From contig CAZAZW010000001.1 in the NCBI GenBank assembly GCA_964489875.1, positions 183,816-247,815 of the forward strand: 64,000 bases of DNA, written 5' to 3'. This document shows positions 34,905 to 42,995 of this stretch, in pieces (position 1 is the stretch's first letter; every line of letters begins with the position of its first letter). A program made the translations under genes and the position numbers. The notes under the pieces were generated by a model that was not told where the DNA came from, did not search any database, and saw only the letters and a list, made by a program, of their open reading frames with translations. This DNA is from an uncultured Gammaproteobacteria bacterium (GTDB lineage: Bacteria; Patescibacteriota; Microgenomatia; Daviesbacterales; UBA10151).

Positions 34905-34922
34905 CTAGAGCCTAGGCTCTAG
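34905..34922. promoter_or_regulatory. Perfect 18-bp palindrome upstream of the wHTH regulator (candidate operator or hairpin)
   Basis: CTAGAGCCTAGGCTCTAG at 34905-34922 equals its own reverse complement. It overlaps the stop codon of the DUF3048 gene and lies 40 nt upstream of the regulator ATG. Confidence 0.4.
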
Positions 34923-36118
34923 TAGCTAACTTTAGATCCTTCCGGGACAGTTTGAATCCAAATTTGACCCCTATTAAACTCTATTTCCTTGCCATTGCCA
35001 TCTACATATTTTGTTCTTATAGTTCTTTTAAGTTTAATCCATTTACCCTCTACCACATTACCATCCTGGAAGATTAACGCCTTGCCAGAACCGACTGTCC
35101 CATACAAAAGATGGACATTACCCGGATAACCGTCATTGGCATTGGATTCTTTCTCAAATTGAACAACAACAACTTTCGCATCAAGTTGCTGTTTATTATT
35201 TAAATCAATGTGAGGTTCGCCGTTTTTCCTCTTGTAGGAATTTGTGGCGGCGTCGTAATCCCATTCTACCTGGTAACCCGGTTGACTCTCCCAGAAGTTA
35301 ACTGTAATTTTAGAGGTAGTGCTGCCACCTTTATCATCTTTAAACTTCCAAGGGGCAAAATCATCATCCCATTTTATCCCCGCTGAATCTGTGGCGGTGA
35401 AGCCGCGTTTTGCTCCCACCTCCCAAAGCTTTTGAGTAGTTGAATACATGGTATGTTCTGTAGCAACTGAATGACCTAACCTTTGATAATCTCTCCAGAA
35501 AACAGGAAACCCGATGCTAAATTGATTCAAATCCTTAACACCGTATTTAATAATCTGTCCCAATGCATCAGCCGGGCCTGGAGTATTAGCTCCTCCGACG
35601 TGCGCGTAAAGCGCATCATACTCCCCTAACCAATCAAGAAAATAAGTTCTCGCTGATCTAACTGGTCCAACCTGAATATCTGCCAGATTACAGTAAAATA
35701 TCGCCATAAACCTGGTAATTCCACCTTCGGCAATTGCTTCATATATTATATCTGCAGAGCTTAAACCCGATTGAGGCCTGGCTTCTGTGTGGTTTTCAAT
35801 CATTACAGCCAAAGGCCTTCTTCTTTCCCAAAAATCCCTGGCTTTTTTAGTCCGCATAACCCCATTTAACGGACAGCTTTCCGTTTTTGGGTCGTTTGGA
35901 TCTTCTAAAAATGCATTACTGGGGGTAGGAAGGGAAGCCAAGCTTTCTTTGGTGGATGAAACTGGCCTGAATTGACTAAACAGGAAATAAGATAAGCTTG
36001 TTGAAAGACCGTATAAAACTATCCCTAAAATAATTAAACTCAATATTCTTTGTAAGTTAGTTAAACCCTGAAATATTTTTATTAAGCTAGTAACAAAATT
36101 GTTTATTCCCTCTTTCAT
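34919..36118 (-). CDS. DUF3048 (YerB-like) extracytoplasmic protein
   Basis: 399 aa with an N-terminal TM helix. VMIENHTEARPQSGLSSADIIYEAIAEGGITRFMAIFY matches the DUF3048 N-domain pattern. Confidence 0.7.
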   Translation of the reverse strand: MKEGINNFVTSLIKIFQGLTNLQRILSLIILGIVLYGLSTSLSYFLFSQFRPVSSTKESLASLPTPSNAFLEDPNDPKTESCPLNGVMRTKKARDFWERRRPLAVMIENHTEARPQSGLSSADIIYEAIAEGGITRFMAIFYCNLADIQVGPVRSARTYFLDWLGEYDALYAHVGGANTPGPADALGQIIKYGVKDLNQFSIGFPVFWRDYQRLGHSVATEHTMYSTTQKLWEVGAKRGFTATDSAGIKWDDDFAPWKFKDDKGGSTTSKITVNFWESQPGYQVEWDYDAATNSYKRKNGEPHIDLNNKQQLDAKVVVVQFEKESNANDGYPGNVHLLYGTVGSGKALIFQDGNVVEGKWIKLKRTIRTKYVDGNGKEIEFNRGQIWIQTVPEGSKVSY

Positions 36119-36121
36119 AGT

Positions 36122-36589
36122 TTATTGCTCTGCCATTGCTTTCTTAATCACCAGTTCCTCTTCTTTTGATAACTCTTGATTTTTGCTTTTTCCGGAAAGT
36201 ATTTCTTTGCCGAAAACTCTTGTCCCTGATCTTGCGTGTAAACTAGTTATTACAATACCCGATCCCTGGTGATCCAACAAGCATACCGTAAAGCTAATAT
36301 TGCCCCCTGTATCATCATAAGGATTAAATCGCAATAACCCTACCCGCTGTATATACTCTAACCCTCTGGTTTCCACTATCTTAACTTTATTTTCCAAATC
36401 TGATAACTCATCCCTAAAGCTTTCAATTGTTTTCTTAAGCTCTTCAAATTTTTTTCTGATATCCCTTTCTCCGGACTTTGGAAAAATTAATTTTAGGAAC
36501 TTATTTTGCTGCCAAACCAGAAAACTTAAAAATCCTAGCCAAACTATTACTAGTCCCACCACTAGGAGACTAATCCAATCCGAATACAT
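36122..36589 (-). CDS. DUF4446 family protein
   Basis: 155 aa with an N-terminal TM helix, a coiled coil, and RFNPYDDTGGNISFTVCLLDHQGSGIVITSLHARSGTRVFGKEI. Confidence 0.7.
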   Translation of the reverse strand: MYSDWISLLVVGLVIVWLGFLSFLVWQQNKFLKLIFPKSGERDIRKKFEELKKTIESFRDELSDLENKVKIVETRGLEYIQRVGLLRFNPYDDTGGNISFTVCLLDHQGSGIVITSLHARSGTRVFGKEILSGKSKNQELSKEEELVIKKAMAEQ

Positions 36590-36638
36590 AAGTTACTCTT
36601 TAAATATAACTATCTTACTAAACTTTGTCAATGATAGC

Positions 36639-37351
36639 TTAAGAAGATAAATCTATATCAGTTAATATGGTCACCTTCGCTGAAATTTTTGCATAAAATA
36701 CAGCTGGAAGTCTCTTTGCATCCTGTTCTTGAAACATCTTTATGAGCATTTCCTTTTTAGTCTGAGAGGTAGCGGAACTCTGCTCGTTTTCTCCAAAGAC
36801 AAGAATTATAAACTCATCAACTTCATCCAAGGCCTCAAAAGTTAAAGTTATTCTCTTACCGAAGGGTCCGTTTATATCATTAAAAGCGACTACCAATCTA
36901 CCATGATCATAATCTAACCCCGGCTTGATACTTGCTGTATGACCATCTGCACCAATTCCCATTACTGCCACTTTTTTAGAATATTTATTAAAAAGATTTC
37001 TAATAGTCTTTTCATACTGCTCCGCAATATTTTCTAAATCTTCCTCTTTCAATACTCCATAAAAAGGGATGCCTGCAGTGAGTAAATACTTCAATAAATG
37101 AGTCTCATAAATCATTTTCTCATTGCTATTTTCGTGCATAGGTAGTCCGAATCTTTCATCTATCAATGCCACCGATCCCGGCTTTAAGGTTCCATTGCGG
37201 GCGATCAGTTGATATAGTAAATCTGAGAAGTGCCACCTGATAGAAGTAGTAATGTTTCTTGATCAACCTTGCCCGAAATGATCGCTAAAGCATTTTTGGA
37301 AGCTTCATTTTTATCCTTGCACTGAATAATTTCAATACCATTTTTAATCAT
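36639..37351 (-). pseudogene. 6-phosphogluconolactonase/glucosamine-6-P isomerase family gene disrupted by a 1-nt frameshift
   Basis: The N-terminal part (ATG 37351) reads MIKNGIEIIQCKDKNEASKNALAIISGKVDQETLLLLSGGTSQIYYIN*. The other frame continues ...DLLYQLIARNGTLKPGSVALIDERFG... through GIGADGHTASIKPG to 36639. Restoring one nucleotide near 37224-37230 would give SGGTSPDLLYQL. Confidence 0.7.
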
Positions 37352-37411
37352 CCTTATTAAGGATATCACAAGTAATCCAGCATATCCCGTAGTCTTAGGT
37401 TCAGTTGGTGC

Positions 37412-37440
37412 TTGACAGGCTTATCGTATCGTGCTAGGCT
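37412..37440 (+). promoter_or_regulatory. Candidate sigma70 promoter
   Basis: TTGACA (37412-37417), 17 nt, then TGcTAGGCT (extended -10, 37432-37440). Confidence 0.4.
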
Positions 37441-37468
37441 CAACTGAGCGTAGAAATTTAAGTTTAGC

Positions 37469-37753
37469 ATGGCTATCATTCAAACTAAAAAACAGTCAGA
37501 CCTGGAAAAACGCCTTCAATTACTGCGCAGACAAGTCTATGGTCGGGAACCAGAGAGTCAGTATATCAGTAAATCAGTGGATCAGCCTAAAACACCGATT
37601 CACCGAACCACCGATACACCGATCTCATCCGACCTTACCTACCTTCACCACGATTTACTAAAGATTTTAACTTTTTCGTCTTTCGCAATCGGCGCACAAG
37701 TAATTCTTTTCTTTCTTTTGAAAAACCATATTTTGAATCTAAATTTTTTTTGA
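37469..37753 (+). CDS. Hypothetical tail-anchored small membrane protein
   Basis: 94 aa with the C-terminal TM helix FSSFAIGAQVILFFLL. No SD is seen. Confidence 0.4.
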   Translation: MAIIQTKKQSDLEKRLQLLRRQVYGREPESQYISKSVDQPKTPIHRTTDTPISSDLTYLHHDLLKILTFSSFAIGAQVILFFLLKNHILNLNFF

Positions 37754-37771
37754 AAGGGGGTGAAGATCATT

Positions 37772-37912
37772 ATGGCACAAATGTATTGTGTGAAGTGTCG
37801 ACAAAAAAGAGACGCTGAAAATGTACAAGAGGTGACTATGAAAAATGGCAAGAAAGCCAGCAAAGGTACTTGTCCTGTTTGCGGAACCTCGATGTTTAGA
37901 ATTGGTGGGTAA
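37772..37912 (+). CDS. Small zinc-ribbon protein (DUF5679-like), 46 aa
   Basis: Not in the ORF track. It reads MAQMYCVKCRQKRDAENVQEVTMKNGKKASKGTCPVCGTSMFRIGG*, with two CxxC pairs. The SD GAAAGGGGGTGAAG lies upstream. Confidence 0.75.
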   Translation: MAQMYCVKCRQKRDAENVQEVTMKNGKKASKGTCPVCGTSMFRIGG

Positions 37913-38018
37913 AGTTGTCTAAATGACAATTTTACGGGTTACTACCAATATTCAGCGGAGCGATACCATAAAATAAAGAAGTAACCCAGGAAGTTCTGGT
38001 GAACGTTCACCATTTCGA

Positions 38019-38062
38019 AAAATCCCACGAATCCGGCTAAGCCGGAGTAAGTGGGATTTTTC
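38019..38062 (+). terminator. Intrinsic (possibly bidirectional) terminator
   Basis: AAAATCCCAC (38019-38028) pairs with GTGGGATTTT (38051-60), with an inner hairpin CCGGCTAAGCCGG and flanking A and T runs. It lies between convergent genes. Confidence 0.6.
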
Positions 38063-38090
38063 TTAAGTTGTCCCAAGTAAAACCGATTGA

Positions 38091-38537
38091 TTAATGGGGA
38101 GGAATCTGTGGTGAGGGAGGGATGGTAACTTGTTGCGGATAATGCGGAGGCTGTTGGATAAAGTTATCTGATTGTAAAAATATATTTCTATCTACTATAA
38201 AAACGTAAAGAGTAAATACATCTAAAAGAAAGGGTAGCATTGAAAAAGGCGAAAATGCTACTACCAATGAAACCAGATTTCCTATCGTAACTAACGATAT
38301 CGTAATAATTCCTGCATACCATGACCATCTTTTATGAGCTTTAACTGCCGAACCTAGAAAAAAAGCATAAATTCCTAAACAGAATCCCAATACCCCGAAC
38401 ACCTTCCCACTTAATAGCAGTCCAATACCAGCAAGTATAAAAATGGGGGCTGCTATTATAAAAAGCCAACCAATTATTTTTATTTTCATTAATTTAATTA
38501 AATATCTTTTAGATAATAAAAACAATGCCTTAATCAA
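38091..38537 (-). CDS. Hypothetical polytopic membrane protein with a Pro/Gln-rich tail
   Basis: 148 aa with four hydrophobic helices and the C-terminus QQPPHYPQQVTIPPSPQIPPH. Confidence 0.5.
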   Translation of the reverse strand: MIKALFLLSKRYLIKLMKIKIIGWLFIIAAPIFILAGIGLLLSGKVFGVLGFCLGIYAFFLGSAVKAHKRWSWYAGIITISLVTIGNLVSLVVAFSPFSMLPFLLDVFTLYVFIVDRNIFLQSDNFIQQPPHYPQQVTIPPSPQIPPH

Positions 38538-38556
38538 AGAAAAACTGTGTATTTAA

Positions 38557-39099
38557 CTATCTAATAGTTAGTCCATTAAAATACCCATAAATCAGCGCCA
38601 ATACGAGAATCGTAAAACAAATCACACAGTAGACTATACCCATCAGCATAGGTTTAATAATGACTTGTTTCATATCCTCACCTTCGGCTAATTGCTCTGA
38701 ATTGGAATAAGTCATTTCGCTTGCTTTGCCTCGAGATAAATAGCGAGCTAGAAATAATTCTTTATCTTGAGAAATAATAACATGCTCATATATAAATTTT
38801 GTTAATAAAAAAATTCCATTAAAAAATAACAATTTAATTAAAAAGAAAAGCATGATTTGTTGCTTTGCAAATTGGCTTCCCAATAGAAGCGGCCAAAATA
38901 ATACTGAATAAAAAAAACTAGCTGCATAAATTATGGCTCCAAAGTACAGAAATTTAATGAATGACAGATTAAACCAAACACTTAAATATTTATCTGAAGG
39001 AATTTTATCTTTTAACGTTTTGGGTAAAGGATTTACCGCTATAGTTATGAAGGTTGATATAAAAACTAAAGCCAGATCAAATATAGCTTGATTCGACAT
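38557..39099 (-). CDS. Hypothetical polytopic membrane protein
   Basis: 180 aa and hydrophobic, with no recognised motif. Confidence 0.5.
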   Translation of the reverse strand: MSNQAIFDLALVFISTFITIAVNPLPKTLKDKIPSDKYLSVWFNLSFIKFLYFGAIIYAASFFYSVLFWPLLLGSQFAKQQIMLFFLIKLLFFNGIFLLTKFIYEHVIISQDKELFLARYLSRGKASEMTYSNSEQLAEGEDMKQVIIKPMLMGIVYCVICFTILVLALIYGYFNGLTIR

Positions 39100-39142
39100 T
39101 AATTAAACTGTGACATAAAAAAGACCCTGGGACAAGGATGTA

Positions 39143-40675
39143 TTAAGATTCTTCGCGGGCGCGGTATTGCAAAGCTTCGGCTATATGTTCTGCTTGGATA
39201 TTTTCCGAAGCGGCCAGATCCGCAATGGTTCTGGAAAGTTTAAGTACCCGATGATAGCCACGGGCAGACAGATTAAGTGAGGAGACGGCCATCTTTAATA
39301 GATCCAAACCCTCCTGAGTCAAAGAGCAATATTCTTTAATATCTTTATTTCCCATCTCCGAATTAGCCAAAATCCTCCCCTTGAATCGCTCTAATTGAAT
39401 CTTTCTGGCTACAGTCACCCTCGTTCTGATTTCGGCAGAACTCTCTGTTTTTAAATCAGTAGATAATTTATCTACCTCCACCGGAGGCACTTCCAGGTAA
39501 ATATCTATTCTGTCCAAAAACGGCCCAGAGATCCGACGCTTATATTTGGCAATTTGCCCTGGCATACAAGTACAATTCCTTTTTCTGTCTCCTAAAAAAC
39601 CACAAGGACAGGGATTTTGGGCAGCAAACAGAACAAACTGCGCAGGTAAACTTATTGACCCTGATGCTCGGGAAATTGTGATACGGCGATCTTCTAAAGG
39701 TTGTCTTAAACTTTCTAAACTCTGGCGGGGAAACTCTGCCACCTCATCCAAAAATAAAACCCCTCTATGTGCCAGCGAAATTTCACCCGGTCTAATATTA
39801 TTTCCGCCGCCAAGAAGCCCGACATACGAAGCGCTATGATGAGGCGAGCGAAAAGGACGGGTAGTGACGAGTGACTTATTGCCATCCAAAAGACCGGCTA
39901 TAGAATAAATCTTGGTTACCTCTATTGCTTCTTCAAAAGTTAAAGGCGGCAAAATTGAAGGGAAACTTCGGGCCAACATAGTTTTTCCTGCTCCCGGCGG
40001 CCCTTTGAGTAATATATTATGTCCGCCTGCCGCTGATATTTCCAAAGCCCGCTTGGCGCTTTCCTGCCCTTTAATTTGGGAAAAATCATATTCATAATTT
40101 AAACCGTCTTCCAAACTTAAAACCGGCCTTTTTACAAATCCCAAATCTTCTTGTCCCAAAAGCCACCTGGTTAGCTGCTGTAGCGACTCGGGAGCTAAAA
40201 CTTCCAAACCTTCTATAATTGCAGCTTCTTGTCCATTCTCCTTAGGCACTATCATCCTTTTTATACCAGCTTGTTTGGCTGAAATCGCCAAAGGCAACAC
40301 CCCATTAATTTTCCGCAAAGTTCCATCCAAAGATAACTCCCCCACAATTAAAGTATTCCCAATATCTAATTTTTCCGGATTGGAACTTATCTGACCTGAA
40401 GCTAGAAGCAACCCCAAAGCAATTGGAAGATCATATGCCGGACCTTCTTTTGGCATATCGGCTGGTGCCAGATTCACAGTAATTCTATGAAGAGGAAAAT
40501 CAGCCCCGGAGTTTCTAAATGCTGCCCGTACTCTTTCCTTACTTTCTTCGACTGCCCGATCTCCCAAACCTACTATAGTAAAACTGGGCAAACCCTGGGC
40601 GGAAATATCTACCTCACAAGTAACTAAACTTGCATCTAGTCCAATATTTGCGCCAGAGATTATCTTTGCCAGCAT
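39143..40675 (-). CDS. comM: YifB/ComM-family Mg-chelatase-like AAA+ ATPase
   Basis: 510 aa with a Lon-like N-domain, Walker A GPPGAGKT, Walker B VLFLDE, and the Cys cluster CPCGFLGDRKRNCTC. Confidence 0.9.
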   Translation of the reverse strand: MLAKIISGANIGLDASLVTCEVDISAQGLPSFTIVGLGDRAVEESKERVRAAFRNSGADFPLHRITVNLAPADMPKEGPAYDLPIALGLLLASGQISSNPEKLDIGNTLIVGELSLDGTLRKINGVLPLAISAKQAGIKRMIVPKENGQEAAIIEGLEVLAPESLQQLTRWLLGQEDLGFVKRPVLSLEDGLNYEYDFSQIKGQESAKRALEISAAGGHNILLKGPPGAGKTMLARSFPSILPPLTFEEAIEVTKIYSIAGLLDGNKSLVTTRPFRSPHHSASYVGLLGGGNNIRPGEISLAHRGVLFLDEVAEFPRQSLESLRQPLEDRRITISRASGSISLPAQFVLFAAQNPCPCGFLGDRKRNCTCMPGQIAKYKRRISGPFLDRIDIYLEVPPVEVDKLSTDLKTESSAEIRTRVTVARKIQLERFKGRILANSEMGNKDIKEYCSLTQEGLDLLKMAVSSLNLSARGYHRVLKLSRTIADLAASENIQAEHIAEALQYRAREES

Positions 40676-40709
40676 CTACAACAGTATACTATGGGGAGAA
40701 TAAAGAAAA

Positions 40710-40979
40710 AATGCCTAGGAGGAGAGTAAGCCAGATTCTGTTTTAGATGATCATTTATCTAACGCTCCTGATTTCGACAATTAAGCAAGCAGCTCTGTCG
40801 GTTCTAGGATTGCAGCGGGGAGGATTGCCACGTTTCACCCGAGCTTTACCCCGGTTCGTCACTGTTGCTCTAACTAGGCCTTGCGGCTTCCGGCTTACGC
40901 CGGACACCCTGCTTTATGCTGTCTGGACTTTCCTATCTGTACCAAATGGCACAGATTAATCATCCTTCTTCCTAGGCTT
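40710..40979 (-). ncRNA. rnpB: RNase P RNA (bacterial type A-like, compact, about 270 nt)
   Basis: The minus strand shows AGGAAAGTCCAGACAGC (CR-I, consensus GAGGAAAGUCCGGGC), GGGTGAAACG, and ACAGAATCTGGCTTA (CR-V, consensus ACAGAACCCGGCUUA). P1 is GCCTAGG...CCTAGGC. TATAAT lies just upstream (40983-40988) and a T-run follows the 3' end. Ends are approximate to within 5 nt. Confidence 0.85.
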
Positions 40980-40992
40980 GTATATTATACAA

Positions 40993-41961
40993 CTAACTCT
41001 TTTCTCCTTCAATTATCTCTGCTGCTATAATTTGAAATACTACTGCCATCGGAACTGCCAAAAGCGCCCCGGCTATACCTAACAACCTACTTCCGATAGC
41101 AATTGCTAAAATTACTATGAGGGGATTTAAACCAACAGCTCGCTTCATAACTTGAGGCACTATTAAACTATTTTCCAATTGCTGGATGATAAGATACATA
41201 ACGGCAACCATTACACTTAAGAAGGGAGAGATTGTTAATGCAATAAGAATTGCCGGTATAGCTGAGATTATCGGACCTATCACAGGTATGACTTCCATCA
41301 CTCCGGCTATCAGGGCAAGCGGTAGTGCATACGGAATATTTAAAATCATTAGACCAATATATGACATAAGGCCGACGAGCAAGCTTAGAATTAACTGACC
41401 CTGTAACCATGACCCTAATTTTTCTTCTATCTTTACAATTGATTTCCTAACTCTTTCTTCTCTATTTTTAAATAGAGAAGAAATACGACTTTCTAGGTTT
41501 TCTTTTTCCAACAACATATAAAAAGTTAAAACCAACATAAATATAATTGCTAATAAGTTATCAAATACCGATAAGGTGATTGAGAATAGGTTCTTTGAAA
41601 GATCTGTCAGTTCAGAAGATAAAACAGATCTATCAATGTTGATGGCATTTAGAAACTGGGTAATCAGCGGAGGAGATGAAACTATCAATCTATTACTCTG
41701 TTCCACTAACGGGGGTATGATACTCACCAGAAATGCTGCTAGCGCAGATATTATAATGATGTAGGTCATTGCAATGCTTAAAACTTTTGGCAACCTTAAT
41801 CTGATAAAAAAATTGACTAAGGAGGAGAGGGCGGAAACAAAAATAACTGCCACGAATAAAATTATTAAGAGATCACGGATTAGGTATATTATCCAAAGGG
41901 ATAAAATAAAAAGCGCCACAAATATAATTGTTTTATGAGAAATGTCGACTTTATGCGGCAT
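40993..41961 (-). CDS. AI-2E family transporter (PerM/UPF0118)
   Basis: 322 aa and polytopic. The block VMEVIPVIGPIISAIPAILIAL and the tail region are typical of the family. Confidence 0.8.
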   Translation of the reverse strand: MPHKVDISHKTIIFVALFILSLWIIYLIRDLLIILFVAVIFVSALSSLVNFFIRLRLPKVLSIAMTYIIIISALAAFLVSIIPPLVEQSNRLIVSSPPLITQFLNAINIDRSVLSSELTDLSKNLFSITLSVFDNLLAIIFMLVLTFYMLLEKENLESRISSLFKNREERVRKSIVKIEEKLGSWLQGQLILSLLVGLMSYIGLMILNIPYALPLALIAGVMEVIPVIGPIISAIPAILIALTISPFLSVMVAVMYLIIQQLENSLIVPQVMKRAVGLNPLIVILAIAIGSRLLGIAGALLAVPMAVVFQIIAAEIIEGEKS

Positions 41962-41975
41962 ATTTTATTTTGATC

Positions 41976-42995
41976 TCATTTATCATACCACTTGATCACT
42001 AATTTTTCTATTTTCTCAGCAAACCCCTCTTCTGTCATATCAAACCAGAAAACTTCTTTTTCTTTCTTAAACCAAGTAATTTGGCGTCTGGCATAGCCGT
42101 GAATTTTCCCCTGCAGCAGTTTAATTAATTCTTCTTTATTTCTAATTTTATTCTCCAAATAATCTGCCAGTATTCCATATTCAAGTCCTAGCTGTCTCAT
42201 CCTTTTAAGACTTAAACCGCTACTGTGTAATCTCCTGGCCTCATCTATCATACCCTGATCTATTCTGCTCATCACTCGTTCATCAATTCTTTGATATAGA
42301 ACTTCCCTTGAAGTGGTTAAACCGATCTTTAATATATTCTTCTGGGGTTTATCTCTATTTGCTGTTGACAAAAAGTTGACGATCGTTAGATTTTTGTCAA
42401 CTTCATTATCTGCTTTGGTTTTAACAGCTATCTCAATTGCCCTAATTAACCTTCTGGGATTTTGCCTATCAGACTCATTAAGACTTCCCCATTTATCAGG
42501 TGAGATTTGTTGTAACTTCTTTTGTAACTGTTCTTTAGAAAACTTTTCTAATTTCTTTCTTAAATTTTTATCTACTGGAATCGCTAAATTAGGTAAACCT
42601 TCAAGTAAGGCTTTCAGATAAAAACCAGTTCCTCCAACTACAATAGGCAGTTTCTCCCTCTTCCAAATATCATTTATCACCCTCCCGGTATCTTTGACAT
42701 AATCATAAACTGTATATTGCTTCTTTGGATCCACCACATCATACATCCACACTTTTACCCCATTCATCTCCCAAAACTTTTTGCCTTTTTTAATTGTCCA
42801 TTGTCCATTGTCAATTCTCAATTTTACTGGCAATTTTCCTGTCCCAATATCTAGACCCACATAAACTTGTCGAGAATCCACCGAAACAAGTTCACCCTGA
42901 AACTTGCTTGCAAGTTGAAGGGCTAAATCAGTTTTTCCAGTTGAAGTAGGTCCTAAAATAACCAGCAGTTTAGATTTGATAGATTTTGTAACCAT
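41976..42995 (-). CDS. miaA: tRNA dimethylallyltransferase
   Basis: 339 aa with the P-loop GPTSTGKT, VDSRQVY, and GGTGFYLKALL. Confidence 0.85.
   Translation of the reverse strand: MVTKSIKSKLLVILGPTSTGKTDLALQLASKFQGELVSVDSRQVYVGLDIGTGKLPVKLRIDNGQWTIKKGKKFWEMNGVKVWMYDVVDPKKQYTVYDYVKDTGRVINDIWKREKLPIVVGGTGFYLKALLEGLPNLAIPVDKNLRKKLEKFSKEQLQKKLQQISPDKWGSLNESDRQNPRRLIRAIEIAVKTKADNEVDKNLTIVNFLSTANRDKPQKNILKIGLTTSREVLYQRIDERVMSRIDQGMIDEARRLHSSGLSLKRMRQLGLEYGILADYLENKIRNKEELIKLLQGKIHGYARRQITWFKKEKEVFWFDMTEEGFAEKIEKLVIKWYDK

Noticed and set aside
37431-37929. Overlapping ORFs 37431..37661 (+) and 37645..37929 (-).
   Set aside because: The first is an alternative frame of the better-supported 37469..37753 ORF. 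The second is antisense to the SD-preceded zinc-ribbon gene at 37772..37912.
40747-40959. 70-aa plus-strand ORF.
   Set aside because: It lies antisense within the RNase P RNA gene. The GC-rich structured RNA explains the open frame.
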